Source: an uncultured virus (IMG/VR IMGVR_UViG_3300011885_000055)
Lineage: Duplodnaviria; Heunggongvirae; Uroviricota; Caudoviricetes
Direction: 5' to 3' (one strand)
DNA length: 64,000 nt
IMG/VR virus record: IMGVR_UViG_3300011885_000055
Shown: positions 40,543-51,376 of the stretch, piece by piece
Position numbering within the stretch: position 1 is the stretch's first letter
Layout of the letters: every line of letters begins with the position of its first letter
Made by a program: the position numbers and the translations under genes
Notes under the pieces: model-generated
What the model was told of the DNA's origin: nothing
The model's database searches: none
What the model saw: only the letters and a program-made list of their open reading frames with translations

Positions 40543-43095
40543 TTACATAAGTTGTACCCATACTCGACCATTAACTTGCCCTGAAGGCTGAATTGCAGAG
40601 GTTATTATTTGAGTTCCATCTTTTCCTGGAGGACCTTGTGGCCCTGTTGCACCCACATCTCCTTTTATTCCCTGAGGACCTTGTGCTCCTGTAGCTCCTG
40701 TATCACCTTTTACTCCTTGAATCCCCTGAATACCTTGTATGCCTCTTGATGGTTTCCCGGTATCTGAACTTCCTAAGTACCAATTGCCATTAGTACCTAT
40801 AGTTGGAGTTATTCCATCATTTCCTTTTACCCCTTGAATACCTTGTATGCCTTGTGCTCCAGTATCTCCTTTAATTCCTTGTATTCCCTGAATACCTTGT
40901 GGCCCTCTAATATTTACAGTAGTAGGAATTGATGTACTTCCATTGTTGACCCAACTTAAATTACCATTTGAATCTATGCTAGGTCTCCATGTAAATCCAT
41001 TAGCTCCTGTTTGTCCTGTAGCTCCTATAGGACCTTGTAAACCTGTATCACCTTTATCTCCTTTTGGTCCTTGTGCTCCTGTAGATCCAACATCTCCCTT
41101 AGGGCCTTTTATATTCATTGATAATGGCGTTGTTGTTCCATTATTTAATACCCATGATATATTCCCACTTGAATCTACTGTAGGTCTCCAAGTATCACCT
41201 TTATCTCCCTTTAATCCCTGAATACCTTGTATGCCTTGTTCTCCTTTATCACCTTTAGGTCCTTGTAAGTCTACAACTGCCTGCATTGCTTCAATAAACA
41301 CTTTATCTTCTACATTTAATGCTATTTTAAAATTAATTGAGTTGCTGCTTTCCTCATTGAAAATCCTATTTGATACTCTTATCCCATTTAAATAAACCTT
41401 TATAGCATTTATTCCAATAGGATATACATACCCATCATTCCAAGTGAAAAGCGTTTGACCTTCTGTAGCTATAAAATGTTCATGAAATACAACATATGAT
41501 TGACCATTACCAGCAGGTCCTTGGACTCCTTGAATCCCTTGAATCCCTTGTGGCCCTTGTAATCCAGTATCACCTTTATCACCTTTAGCTCCTTTTAAAT
41601 CTACACCTAAATCATAAGTTCCATCTGGATTTTCTAGTTTTAAAGTAGTTCCTGACCATAAATGTTTTATTTTATCACCTTTTACACCCTGAATACCTTG
41701 TATTCCTTGTGCTCCAGTATCTCCTTTTATCCCTTGGGGACCAGTTAATCCTTGAGGTCCAATAGGACCAATATCTCCCTTGTCACCTTTTACTCCTTGA
41801 ATTCCCTGAATACCTTGGTCTCCTTTTTCTCCTTTAAGTCCTTGAACTCCTTGGTCTCCTTTTGGGCCTTGAATACCTTGAATACCTTGTGACCCAGTAT
41901 CTCCTTTATCACCCTTAGGTCCTTTAATATTTTGTACTAGTGGTCTTTCTAAAGAGCTTTTAATTTCCCAACTTAAATTACCAGTAGTATCTACTGTTGG
42001 ATACCAAGCCTTTTGAATTGTACCTGCTTCATTAGGTATAGATGAAACACTATTGTTTATTTGTTCCACTACAGTGGTTCCTATAGTTCCTACTGCTATT
42101 TCTATAGTTAAATCGCCTTCATATATCTCTCTTACTTCTGTTATTCTTAAGTCCTCATTTGTTTCTTTACTTTTTACAGTTACTATATCACCTAAATTCC
42201 AATCTCTCTCATACAGTAAATTTTTATTTATTATAGTAGATTCGGTATTTATGATATTATCAAATTGGCTTAATTTAGCTAATCCTCTACTTTCTATATT
42301 TTCAGCGTCTGATATATCTCTACCATCTATAAATACTTCTCTTCTATCTAATCCTATAGCATCATTCTTTTTAACTTCTTTAATTTCTCTTTCTACACCT
42401 TCACCCTGTCCACCAACATATGCAATGTTTTTATAATTTACAGAATTAGTAGTATGAACAGCATTAGTTATATTATTAAATTCACTTGAAAATATAACTC
42501 TTGAATTTACACTTTGTGTTGCAGCTCTGTTTACTCCTACCTCAATATCAAATATAAATTTCTTTGTCTTAGGATCTAAATAAATAAACCATCCTATTTC
42601 TCCAGTTCTAGATATACTCTCAGTTTCACTCATAAGATTTTTATATCTACTTTCCCAACTAATAATTGAACCTCTATTTTTATTAGGAGCAATTATTAAA
42701 TTTGGTATCCTCCTGTTTATATCTGCTGGATTAACACAACATACATCTACATAGTGCTTTATCACACTTTCAACATTTCCCTTGTATTTATCGTAAGCTT
42801 CACCATTAGGAGGTACTGTTACCCTTCTTTCGATTATGCTCTTTATATCTCTTCCTTTAACTGTTATTTGCTTCTTAGTTTCATCCTCTTCTACTTCTTC
42901 GATAATCATAGCTTTATTTTTATTTAAATATATATAGTTATCTTTTTTAAGAATAGAAGAGTATTTAATTGGTGCTACTAAATGAAACTCTTTAGCCTGA
43001 AAAAAGCTTCTTACAAAATAAAAAGAGATATAATCTTCTATATCTCCTATAAATGTAAGTTCACTATTTAATATTTTTAAGCTAACTCTATCCAT
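40543..43095 (-). CDS. Siphovirus Gp37-like minor tail protein with collagen-like repeats
   Basis: YVGGQGEG..R...RREVFID...DWNLGDIVTV; extensive G-X-Y (GIQ, GPQ, GDK) blocks. Confidence 0.85.
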   Translation of the reverse strand: MDRVSLKILNSELTFIGDIEDYISFYFVRSFFQAKEFHLVAPIKYSSILKKDNYIYLNKNKAMIIEEVEEDETKKQITVKGRDIKSIIERRVTVPPNGEAYDKYKGNVESVIKHYVDVCCVNPADINRRIPNLIIAPNKNRGSIISWESRYKNLMSETESISRTGEIGWFIYLDPKTKKFIFDIEVGVNRAATQSVNSRVIFSSEFNNITNAVHTTNSVNYKNIAYVGGQGEGVEREIKEVKKNDAIGLDRREVFIDGRDISDAENIESRGLAKLSQFDNIINTESTIINKNLLYERDWNLGDIVTVKSKETNEDLRITEVREIYEGDLTIEIAVGTIGTTVVEQINNSVSSIPNEAGTIQKAWYPTVDTTGNLSWEIKSSLERPLVQNIKGPKGDKGDTGSQGIQGIQGPKGDQGVQGLKGEKGDQGIQGIQGVKGDKGDIGPIGPQGLTGPQGIKGDTGAQGIQGIQGVKGDKIKHLWSGTTLKLENPDGTYDLGVDLKGAKGDKGDTGLQGPQGIQGIQGVQGPAGNGQSYVVFHEHFIATEGQTLFTWNDGYVYPIGINAIKVYLNGIRVSNRIFNEESSNSINFKIALNVEDKVFIEAMQAVVDLQGPKGDKGEQGIQGIQGLKGDKGDTWRPTVDSSGNISWVLNNGTTTPLSMNIKGPKGDVGSTGAQGPKGDKGDTGLQGPIGATGQTGANGFTWRPSIDSNGNLSWVNNGSTSIPTTVNIRGPQGIQGIQGIKGDTGAQGIQGIQGVKGNDGITPTIGTNGNWYLGSSDTGKPSRGIQGIQGIQGVKGDTGATGAQGPQGIKGDVGATGPQGPPGKDGTQIITSAIQPSGQVNGRVWVQLM

Positions 43096-43703
43096 ATATC
43101 TCCCACCTTATGAGTAGTTGGGGTAGTATTTTGAATATAAATACCTCTTATACTCTGCCCTTGCATATTAGTAAACCAATCTTGCCATATACTCTTTTGT
43201 TCACCCCATTGTTGGTTAAATAAGTTCCACATAGCTTGTAAATCATCTTTACCTGAGAAACTCATATAACCACACAATGAAGCCTGACCTCTTTCATCTT
43301 CAACTATTACTGTATCGTTCTTAATAGTTATCTTACATAAAGATAGTTCATGTACACTACTATTCCTGGTAAGATTCGGTGGAGCTATAGCTGTTCCTTC
43401 TAAAACTACTATATTAAGTGTTCTATTTGATATATCTAACCTTAAAACTATTCTTACAATCTTAGTTACTCCTGTAGGAATTGATTTAGTTAATTCAGTA
43501 CTATTAAGATATAGATATCCATTTATACAAGCACTGCCTGGTAATATTTTAATCTGTGAATTACTTACTTTAACTGCTCTTAAGCTATCTGTACTAGGAT
43601 TGATTCCATTACCTATAAATGTTTTAAAGTAATTTGCAAAATCTTCACTTTTATACTTTCTATCCCCATTTACACTATTAAAAAAACCTCCAAATTCAGC
43701 CAA
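43077..43703 (-). CDS. Baseplate / minor tail protein
   Basis: GFFNSVNGDRKY...FIGNG...GSACINGY...IVLRLD motif. Confidence 0.7.
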   Translation of the reverse strand: MAEFGGFFNSVNGDRKYKSEDFANYFKTFIGNGINPSTDSLRAVKVSNSQIKILPGSACINGYLYLNSTELTKSIPTGVTKIVRIVLRLDISNRTLNIVVLEGTAIAPPNLTRNSSVHELSLCKITIKNDTVIVEDERGQASLCGYMSFSGKDDLQAMWNLFNQQWGEQKSIWQDWFTNMQGQSIRGIYIQNTTPTTHKVGDIWIELA

Positions 43704-43714
43704 TTTGTCACCTC

Positions 43715-44587
43715 CTATAAACTAAAGTAATGGCATTTATATTTTATTACTACACTTTGTGGTAAAAAATCACCATCAGTAGCATAACTAATTAAGTTCT
43801 TGCCTGGATCTAGATTAAAGAATTTAGTATCAATATTTATATAATGATATGCCTGTTCTTCTATATCTCCTCTCATAACTTGTACAGCTTTATTATCAAA
43901 GGAGGTATTAATATAAAGTATCTCGTCATCTTCAAGGTTTCTATCAACTTTTATAAATTTACCATCATTTAAAGTTATTGATGGATTAAGTGCCGGGCCT
44001 TTAAAGAAAACTTCTAATGGTGCTTCTACGTTACCATAGTTATTAATTTCAATTTCATTAGGTCCTTTTCTTGCAAACTCAATTCCAAGAGAAGGCAATT
44101 CAAACTCAAATTCAAAACCACCTTCCCAAGTTTCAACATTTACTACAGTATCCTCTTGATCCATCCAAAACGGATTAAAACACTCAAAATTTACTGTAAA
44201 TGCTAAAGCACTTTTATTATTAGTTTTATAATCCGTTGAATATAATGGAGATTCATCACATGAACCTTCTATTTGTTTACTTATTCCATTATTATTATAT
44301 TTAATAATCACTTGATCTAATGGATTTAAAACATCATCTATATTCTTTTTTATTGTATTTCTCTCCATAATATCATTACTTAATATAATAGCCTTAATCT
44401 CTACAGGTCTTTCTTCTATAGATGTAGATAGCAATGATGAACCATATTGTCCAATGCCCTTAACCTTATTAAACTTTGCTGAAATGTTTCCTGGATTGAA
44501 GTAGGTTACAAGAACCCCAGTACTGTTTATATAAGATTCTAAAGTTATTGAATTATTGGTTCTTTTATTAATTATATCTATTCTCAT
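43715..44587 (-). CDS. Distal tail protein (Dit)
   Basis: Follows TMP; FECFNPFW, INNYGNVEAP, FFNLDPGKN. Confidence 0.8.
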   Translation of the reverse strand: MRIDIINKRTNNSITLESYINSTGVLVTYFNPGNISAKFNKVKGIGQYGSSLLSTSIEERPVEIKAIILSNDIMERNTIKKNIDDVLNPLDQVIIKYNNNGISKQIEGSCDESPLYSTDYKTNNKSALAFTVNFECFNPFWMDQEDTVVNVETWEGGFEFEFELPSLGIEFARKGPNEIEINNYGNVEAPLEVFFKGPALNPSITLNDGKFIKVDRNLEDDEILYINTSFDNKAVQVMRGDIEEQAYHYINIDTKFFNLDPGKNLISYATDGDFLPQSVVIKYKCHYFSL

Positions 44588-44598
44588 ATTTTATCCTC

Positions 44599-47500
44599 CT
44601 ATGCAAACTGCAAGTCTCTCATGCTCTTTTTACTAGCTTTAGCTACTTCATAAGGACTTTCTACTTTGCCATAGAAATTATTAGTAACATTTACTCCATT
44701 ATTCTTATTAGGCTCGATTTTAGTTTTTTCTATATCGGTACTAGGCATATTCCCATATACTCCTACACTCATATCTGTACTTAACCCTTTTATAGCATCA
44801 GTTACTAAATATTTGCTATTATTTATTCCTTTAGCTAAACCATCCATAAAGTCTGGCATCCATGTTTCGTAATCTGTTAAAGGCCCTTCATCCGGTACTG
44901 AGAAGTGCAAAAAGTTTCTTATCCTCTCTCCTACACTTGAAACTGCATCTACTACGCCACCTATCATTGATTTTATTCCATCAATTAATCCCTGAATAAA
45001 GTCCTTTCCCCATGTAATTGCTTGACTAGGTAATGATGTTATAAATTTTATAGCATCATTAAATCCATTTGTAATATAACTGCCTAAGGTATTAAGAATA
45101 GAACCTATTCCTTTCTTTAAGCTAGAGAAAATACTTACTCCTAAGTTATATAGTGTGCTGGGTAAATTTCTAAAAAAGTTAACTATCCCATTAAAAATAT
45201 TTACTACTGAAGTAGATACCCCATTACAGATAGATACTATTATGTTCTTAAATCCATTCCATGCACTTGAAGCAAGATTTTTAATTCCATTCCATATGCC
45301 ACTAAAAAAATTCTTTAGTCCATTCCAAATTGTTGTTGCTACAGTTACTATTCCATTCCATGCCGCAGTAAGAAAATTAGCTATAGCTGTTACAACTCCA
45401 GTAAATACTCCTTTAATCCCTTGCCATATAAGAGAAAATGCAGCTTTCAAATTATTAAATATTCCTTCTGCATCTGTTTTTAGCTTAGTAAAATTACCTG
45501 TGACTAAATCTATTATTAGAAGTATTGCTCCTAAGAATATATTTTTTATTACTTCCCATATACCCATAAAGAAGTCTTTTAAACCTATTAATATCATTGA
45601 TATACTATCTTTAAATAAATTAAACAGTATCATTACTCCATTTATAAAAGGTGTAATTATGGCCATCACTAAAGAAACTATACTATTCCAAACATTAAAG
45701 AAAACCATTTTAATACTTTCCCATACAATTTGAGTTATATCTCTTACTTGCCCCCACAGATTACTAAACCATCCTGGAATACTTTGAAAAAATAAAACTA
45801 ATCCATTCCACGCTTCTGGTATTGTAACTGTAAAGAAATTTACAAGTGCATCTATAAAAGCTCCTGTTAACTCTTTTATATTATTCCATAATCCAATCCA
45901 AAAGTTTCTAAAACCTTCTGACTTATTCCATAGAACTACAAAGGCTGCTACAACTGCTAATATAGCTATAACTATCCATGTAAGTGGACACGCTAGAAAT
46001 GCTAAATTTAATCCATTTTGTGCTACTGTTGCTGCTCCTGTGGCTGTAGTTTCAGCTGCAATTGCAGTGGTATGCAATGCTTTAGCTGTAGCTATTTTCC
46101 CATAAAGTCCTATTAATGCACTTACTCCGGTTGCCATCTTACCTACTATAATCAATAGTGGGCCTACTGCTGCTACTATTCCACCTATTATAATTATCAT
46201 CTTTTGTGTTTCTGGTGATAAACTACTAAATTTTTGTGCAATACTCTTTAAAGCTTCACTAACACTCTGAAACATTGGAGCTAATATATCCATTATTATT
46301 TCTCCAACTTCTCCCATTGTTACTTTTACATTCTGCATAGCAAGTTCTGCATCATATCCACCATCTACAAGCCCATCAAAAGTATTATCAACGGTTCCAT
46401 CTGCTCCAGCAATAACATTTAACATCTCTTCAAATTCAAATCTTCCACCTTTTATTGCATCTGCAAGGTCAGGACCTGCTTTAGCTCCAAATATTTCTAT
46501 GGATTTTGTTGTTGCACTTGCAATATCAGGACAAGATTTTATTTCTTCTAATGTTTTTTTAAATTCTTCTCTAGAATCTTTACCTTCAGCACTCCAATTA
46601 CTGATAGCTTTTTTCATACCACTAAAAGCTATCTCTGTATTTACTCCAGCTTTTTCCCAACTAGAGAATATTGCAATACTCTCTTGGGTTTCAAATCCTA
46701 AAGCTCTCATAGGAGCACCATACTTAGTAAGATTTTCAGTAAGTTTATCTATGCTTATTCCACTTGCTTGTGCTGCTACTGCTAAACTATCTAATACACT
46801 AGAATATTCACTAGAATCTATACCAGCATCACCCATAGCTCTACTAACTAATTGCACAGATGTTAATGCATCTGTTCCGGTAACTTCTGAAAACTTCATA
46901 AATTTTTCTGTACAGTTCTCTAATTCTTCACCTGTAAAACCAAATCTAGTATTTACTTCACCTAAAGTACTTCCTATATCTCCAAAATCACCAACTACAC
47001 TTTGTGCTACTTTTTTATAACTATTTTCTAGCTTTTCTGCTGCTTCTCCAGTTGCTCCAGTTGCTCTGATTACATTGTCAGCACCTTCATCTACAGCATT
47101 AAATGCAGCTACTCCTGCTGTACCTACTGCTGCTATTCCTGCAGTAACAGGTAATAATGCTTTACCTACTTTTGTAGTTTTAGTTCCAAACTCATCAATT
47201 TTATCTTTTGCATTTGTAAGACTTGAGCTCATACCAACTCCGAAATCTTTAGCTTCATTGGTTAACGATTTTAATTTATTTTCTGTACTTGCAATTTCTC
47301 TTTGGAAATCTCTATATTGTTCTGATGTTATTTCACCTTTATCAAATTGAGCTTGAACCTGTTCTTGTGTGCTTTTTAGTATAGTTAGCTTACCTTTTGT
47401 ATTAGTTATACTTTCAGTTAATAGGTCTTGTTTTTGTTTAATTAAATCAACATTGCTTGGATCCATTTTTAATAAACTATTAACGCCTCTTAATTCCCTC

Positions 47501-47601
47501 TGTAAAGACTTACTGTTGGAATCTACTTCATTAAGAGCCTTATTAAGTTTCGTAGTATCTCCACCAATTTCAACTGTTATACCTTTTATGCTTCCTGCCA
47601 T
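44599..47601 (-). CDS. Tail tape measure protein
   Basis: IKGITVEIGGDTTKL N-terminus, Trp/Phe periodic repeats, LHFSVPDEGPL. Confidence 0.93.
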   Translation of the reverse strand: MAGSIKGITVEIGGDTTKLNKALNEVDSNSKSLQRELRGVNSLLKMDPSNVDLIKQKQDLLTESITNTKGKLTILKSTQEQVQAQFDKGEITSEQYRDFQREIASTENKLKSLTNEAKDFGVGMSSSLTNAKDKIDEFGTKTTKVGKALLPVTAGIAAVGTAGVAAFNAVDEGADNVIRATGATGEAAEKLENSYKKVAQSVVGDFGDIGSTLGEVNTRFGFTGEELENCTEKFMKFSEVTGTDALTSVQLVSRAMGDAGIDSSEYSSVLDSLAVAAQASGISIDKLTENLTKYGAPMRALGFETQESIAIFSSWEKAGVNTEIAFSGMKKAISNWSAEGKDSREEFKKTLEEIKSCPDIASATTKSIEIFGAKAGPDLADAIKGGRFEFEEMLNVIAGADGTVDNTFDGLVDGGYDAELAMQNVKVTMGEVGEIIMDILAPMFQSVSEALKSIAQKFSSLSPETQKMIIIIGGIVAAVGPLLIIVGKMATGVSALIGLYGKIATAKALHTTAIAAETTATGAATVAQNGLNLAFLACPLTWIVIAILAVVAAFVVLWNKSEGFRNFWIGLWNNIKELTGAFIDALVNFFTVTIPEAWNGLVLFFQSIPGWFSNLWGQVRDITQIVWESIKMVFFNVWNSIVSLVMAIITPFINGVMILFNLFKDSISMILIGLKDFFMGIWEVIKNIFLGAILLIIDLVTGNFTKLKTDAEGIFNNLKAAFSLIWQGIKGVFTGVVTAIANFLTAAWNGIVTVATTIWNGLKNFFSGIWNGIKNLASSAWNGFKNIIVSICNGVSTSVVNIFNGIVNFFRNLPSTLYNLGVSIFSSLKKGIGSILNTLGSYITNGFNDAIKFITSLPSQAITWGKDFIQGLIDGIKSMIGGVVDAVSSVGERIRNFLHFSVPDEGPLTDYETWMPDFMDGLAKGINNSKYLVTDAIKGLSTDMSVGVYGNMPSTDIEKTKIEPNKNNGVNVTNNFYGKVESPYEVAKASKKSMRDLQFA

Positions 47602-47652
47602 ATTACCCTCCTTTCTTAAAATAAAAAATGAGCTATGTAATGATAGCTCATT

Positions 47653-47916
47653 TTACTTCTTACCTACTTTTTTTCTTAAAGCTTCTCTTTGAGGTTTTGT
47701 TTGTTCTATCCTCCAACAATTATCTAAATATTTTCGTCCTTCTTCTGTCTGCATATATCTATAAATAATTGCATCACGTAATAATAACCAAAACTCAAAT
47801 ACTTCTAATTCATCAATCCTATCAAAGTTATAACCGGTATATTCACTAACTATTTTTTCTTCAATGGTATTAACTTCATAATGCCCCTCTTCTCCTTCAT
47901 CAGGGTAATAGGGCAC
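47653..47916 (-). CDS. Tail assembly chaperone, frameshift extension (gpT-like)
   Basis: In the -1 frame of the upstream chaperone via C CCA AAC. Confidence 0.7.
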   Translation of the reverse strand: MPYYPDEGEEGHYEVNTIEEKIVSEYTGYNFDRIDELEVFEFWLLLRDAIIYRYMQTEEGRKYLDNCWRIEQTKPQREALRKKVGKK

Positions 47917-47918
47917 TT

Positions 47919-48215
47919 TTAGTTTGGGGAGTTTTTACTATTTGCAATCCATTCAAAATAAGCTGTTAAAATTTCATTCATCTCATCTAAATCTAGCTCC
48001 TCTACTAAATCATCACTTACATTAATATTATTTTTATTTTTTCTTAATATCATTTTAATGGCTTCCGATAAGTTTTCCATTGTATCTTCACCTTTTGATT
48101 TTGAAAGTGTAGTAAGCTTTTTTAATGCTTTAATTTTAGGGGGTTCAACCTCTAGTGTTGTATCCCCTATCTTTATACCAAAATATCTTTTATTTACTGT
48201 TTTTACATCAAACAT
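47919..48215 (-). CDS. Tail assembly chaperone (gpG-like)
   Basis: Between major tail and TMP; ends in a slippery heptamer. Confidence 0.75.
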   Translation of the reverse strand: MFDVKTVNKRYFGIKIGDTTLEVEPPKIKALKKLTTLSKSKGEDTMENLSEAIKMILRKNKNNINVSDDLVEELDLDEMNEILTAYFEWIANSKNSPN

Positions 48216-48229
48216 TGTCTATCCCTCCA

Positions 48230-48784
48230 TTATACTCCTGGTTCTGTTACTGGTATTTCTTCTTCATATAATATTAAAGTTCCCTCAGAATCCATTGGAA
48301 GTGCTTTAAATTCTACATCTATAACAGTTTCTTTATCTTTTGCGAAACTAAAGCTAAACCCAGCTTGGTTATTACCTACAATGGTAATTCTGATATCTCC
48401 ATCTGCTTTATCTTCATGCAAAAATCGTATTACATACTTCTTTCCATCTTGATTATTTATTCCACCTATTTTTACAGTTCTCTTCCCAGCTTCTTCTTTT
48501 ACAATTGCAGTACTGCATATCTTTTTTAATGTATTCCCACACCACGTCATAATACCACTTTTAAGAGTAGCTTCTTCATCTGTTAAAATAGTTTTTTGAA
48601 CCATTCCTAGATCATCTTTAGCATCATAGAACTCTGGTTTATACTCTAATGTAGCACCACCTTGTATAAATCCTAAAAGATTTTTTTCAGCTTCTATTAC
48701 CGTATTTTCCGGAATTTCTCCAGTGAATTCATCTACAAAAAGTTTTCCACTACCTAAAACAATTTTCTCTCCTGCTGTTGCCAT
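48230..48784 (-). CDS. Major tail protein
   Basis: IVLGSGKL...LGFIQGGATLEY...ETVIDVEFKA; position. Confidence 0.75.
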   Translation of the reverse strand: MATAGEKIVLGSGKLFVDEFTGEIPENTVIEAEKNLLGFIQGGATLEYKPEFYDAKDDLGMVQKTILTDEEATLKSGIMTWCGNTLKKICSTAIVKEEAGKRTVKIGGINNQDGKKYVIRFLHEDKADGDIRITIVGNNQAGFSFSFAKDKETVIDVEFKALPMDSEGTLILYEEEIPVTEPGV

Positions 48785-48795
48785 ATGAATACCTC

Positions 48796-49110
48796 CTATA
48801 TCTTTTCAATTAAATTAAAATCGTACACAGTTTGAAAGTATTCCTCACTTTCTATCCATGTACGATATTTCTCATATTCTATTGATTTATCTCTTAGCAA
48901 GGTTTCAATATTACTCTCAACCTCTTTATCTATTTTATTTGAATATAGCTCAACGCTTATATTTCTATTTGCTATACAAACTTTTAGATCTGCACCTACT
49001 ATATTTCTTTTTTCAGTAAAAATTATATATGGAAGACTTGGTGCCCTTGAAAACTTTTCTTCTTCAACCTTTAAGGTCAAGGTTTCTAACCAGGGTTTAA
49101 CGTCCAGCAT
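48796..49110 (-). CDS. Tail terminator-like protein
   Basis: LPYIIF...VELYS...WIESEEYFQTVY; position. Confidence 0.6.
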   Translation of the reverse strand: MLDVKPWLETLTLKVEEEKFSRAPSLPYIIFTEKRNIVGADLKVCIANRNISVELYSNKIDKEVESNIETLLRDKSIEYEKYRTWIESEEYFQTVYDFNLIEKI

Positions 49111-49501
49111 TTTCTATTATCTCCTTTGTTAATTGTTCCATTCGCTTTATTGCCAATTCCTCTCCATGCTTAATATGCGGAAATGCTCTAGTTCTCCCAC
49201 CTTGTTTTATAGCATGGCCATTCTCAAGTAAATGAGTTAACCTGTGTTGTCCATTAGCAACATACCAAGTCTTTGTTTTATCAAATCTCTTTTCTCTAGT
49301 TGTTTTTATTCTAAAAGACTTAACATACTTACCTGTATGTTCTTTAAAAGAAATATTCTTTTTAATTTCTTCATTAGTTTCCTTTGCTACCACATCAACA
49401 GCCTTTTTTATTCCTTCTGTAACTTCTTCTGAATAAGTATTCAGCTCTTTCTTTATTTCGCTAGTTAGTTCATCAATACTTATTTTATTCATTTCATTCA
49501 C
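49097..49501 (-). CDS. HK97 gp10-family neck protein
   Basis: TGKYVKS...RLTHLLENGHA...GGRTRAFPHI. Confidence 0.8.
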   Translation of the reverse strand: MNEMNKISIDELTSEIKKELNTYSEEVTEGIKKAVDVVAKETNEEIKKNISFKEHTGKYVKSFRIKTTREKRFDKTKTWYVANGQHRLTHLLENGHAIKQGGRTRAFPHIKHGEELAIKRMEQLTKEIIENAGR

Positions 49502-49833
49502 CTATCCATTTCTAGATGTCTTAAAGTTAAATCCTTACTTAAAGGATTTGTATCAAACTTATCTTGAATTAATTGAATACTATACTTACCCATACCTGGT
49601 ATTTCTAACGTATCATAACTATCAACCCCTGGTACATTAGGTATGCGAATTACTAAGTCGGTTTTTATTTGTACTGCTTTGGCTGCAAAATATCTATTAA
49701 ATCCTAATATACGATTATTAAACCCTAAACTTTTAAATTTATAAACTTTGTTTCCATCTTCATCTTCCGTATATATATTACATACTCCATCTGAAAAACT
49801 TATAAAATCAATGTTATCTACTTTTATCTTCAT
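49498..49833 (-). CDS. Head closure / head-tail adaptor
   Basis: SFSDGV...RYFAA...VIRIP; position. Confidence 0.65.
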   Translation of the reverse strand: MKIKVDNIDFISFSDGVCNIYTEDEDGNKVYKFKSLGFNNRILGFNRYFAAKAVQIKTDLVIRIPNVPGVDSYDTLEIPGMGKYSIQLIQDKFDTNPLSKDLTLRHLEMDR

Positions 49834-50163
49834 TTATGAGCTCACCTCTGTAGTATCTTCTATAGTTACAGCTTGATATTTAAGATGTAAGGATAATAAA
49901 TCACTTTGAAAGTTCTTTTCAAACATTTCTAAAGCTTGAGAATTAGCATATCTACAATAATCCATGAGTAAACTTTTTTCTATATCTTCTTCTGTAAACA
50001 CAAGAGTAGGCATACCTGCTACATCTTGCAAATATGCCATACCTCTTTTTATCATGCCAGTAAGATTTTTATTTGTAATTTCATCCTCCCAGGTTATATG
50101 CAAATAACATTTTATATCGCCTAATAATGTTTTTAAATCTTCTTCTGATATATTTACTGACAT
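49834..50163 (-). CDS. Head-tail connector (gp6-like)
   Basis: IKCYLHITW...LLMDYCRY...FEKNF; follows the capsid gene. Confidence 0.75.
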   Translation of the reverse strand: MSVNISEEDLKTLLGDIKCYLHITWEDEITNKNLTGMIKRGMAYLQDVAGMPTLVFTEEDIEKSLLMDYCRYANSQALEMFEKNFQSDLLSLHLKYQAVTIEDTTEVSS

Positions 50164-50178
50164 TCTATCACCTCACTA

Positions 50179-51372
50179 TTAAACCTGTTCTTTAGTTGCC
50201 ACGGTACCTTTAACTTTTACTGCAACTGTTGCCTCTTCTAGTTCAGATATATCTAATAGTATAAATGCATTATTATCTAACGCTCTACCATTACCATATA
50301 GCTTGGTTAAATAAACTCTCTCGTCATCTAAGAACTTGTATTCATCAGAATACTCTATTTTCCCTCCATTAGTTCCAGCACCAATACCCATAAAATACTT
50401 TTCTGGTAATCCAATTATAGCTTTTCCAGCATCTACTCCACATGATTGAATAGGGTCTGTTGGGAATGGGAATACATTATTTTTATAAGTTCCATCAGCT
50501 GATCTTATAGTAGTCGCTGGCATTACTTTTGTAAAATAATCTGTTGGATTTACAACCAAAATAACTTTATTAATCGGTCTTGACTTCCCATTAGGAGCCT
50601 TGGCTAATGTACTTAATAGTGCACCATATGTTTTAGGGGATAGATCTAATATTTTCACTTCTTCTTTTTTAGGATATACACCACCAGTTACAGTAACATC
50701 ATCTGATACATTTCTATCCATTCCTATTGGTTCATTATTACCAGTACCAGTAACTATTGCAGTTTCTAAAGCTAAAGCTATAGCTTCACTTAACGTTCCC
50801 CTTACATAAGCATCAATCCACTCTGGCCCTACTTCAAGCATATCCTTTGAAATTGGCATAAATGCACTAAGTTTACAAAGAGTTAAATCAATTTTACCTA
50901 TTGCCCCTTCAAGCTCTTTTGCAATTGCAGAACCTAAAGCTCCCCATTGTGCTAATTGCATCCCTTTTTTATTAACAATTATCTTTGTTAATACAGTTGT
51001 ATTCATAAAGTTTATCATAGATAAAAGTGGATGCTGCTCCTTAATGTCTGCTATTACATTGTCTATTACAGTTTCAGGGAAAGCATTATTAAGTCCTGTA
51101 AATGCTTGTCTAACATCATTTGACTTCATAGCATCAATAACACTTTGATAAAATTTATTCTCCTTTGCTGTTAATTGATGAACTCCTCTCTTTGCTAAAA
51201 TAGTTGCATCTGCTGTCTGCTGATATGCTTTAAATTCCTCAAGTACATTCTGTTGAACTGACTCTGCAAATTCCGTGAACGCTTGTGCTATTGCACCTTC
51301 ATCCTCCGATTTCATCGCATTTGATAAATTTGCCATCAATTCTTGTTTTAAAATATCTTTACTTTTCATCAT
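50179..51372 (-). CDS. Major capsid protein (HK97 fold)
   Basis: PETVID...HPLL...KLSAFMPISKDML...GTGNNEPIGM...YGNGRALDN. Confidence 0.92.
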   Translation of the reverse strand: MMKSKDILKQELMANLSNAMKSEDEGAIAQAFTEFAESVQQNVLEEFKAYQQTADATILAKRGVHQLTAKENKFYQSVIDAMKSNDVRQAFTGLNNAFPETVIDNVIADIKEQHPLLSMINFMNTTVLTKIIVNKKGMQLAQWGALGSAIAKELEGAIGKIDLTLCKLSAFMPISKDMLEVGPEWIDAYVRGTLSEAIALALETAIVTGTGNNEPIGMDRNVSDDVTVTGGVYPKKEEVKILDLSPKTYGALLSTLAKAPNGKSRPINKVILVVNPTDYFTKVMPATTIRSADGTYKNNVFPFPTDPIQSCGVDAGKAIIGLPEKYFMGIGAGTNGGKIEYSDEYKFLDDERVYLTKLYGNGRALDNNAFILLDISELEEATVAVKVKGTVATKEQV

Positions 51373-51376
51373 AATA

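Noticed and set aside
40620..41930. Repetitive DNA as a second CRISPR or VNTR array
   Set aside because: Repeats are in-frame collagen G-X-Y codons with no fixed repeat-spacer period.
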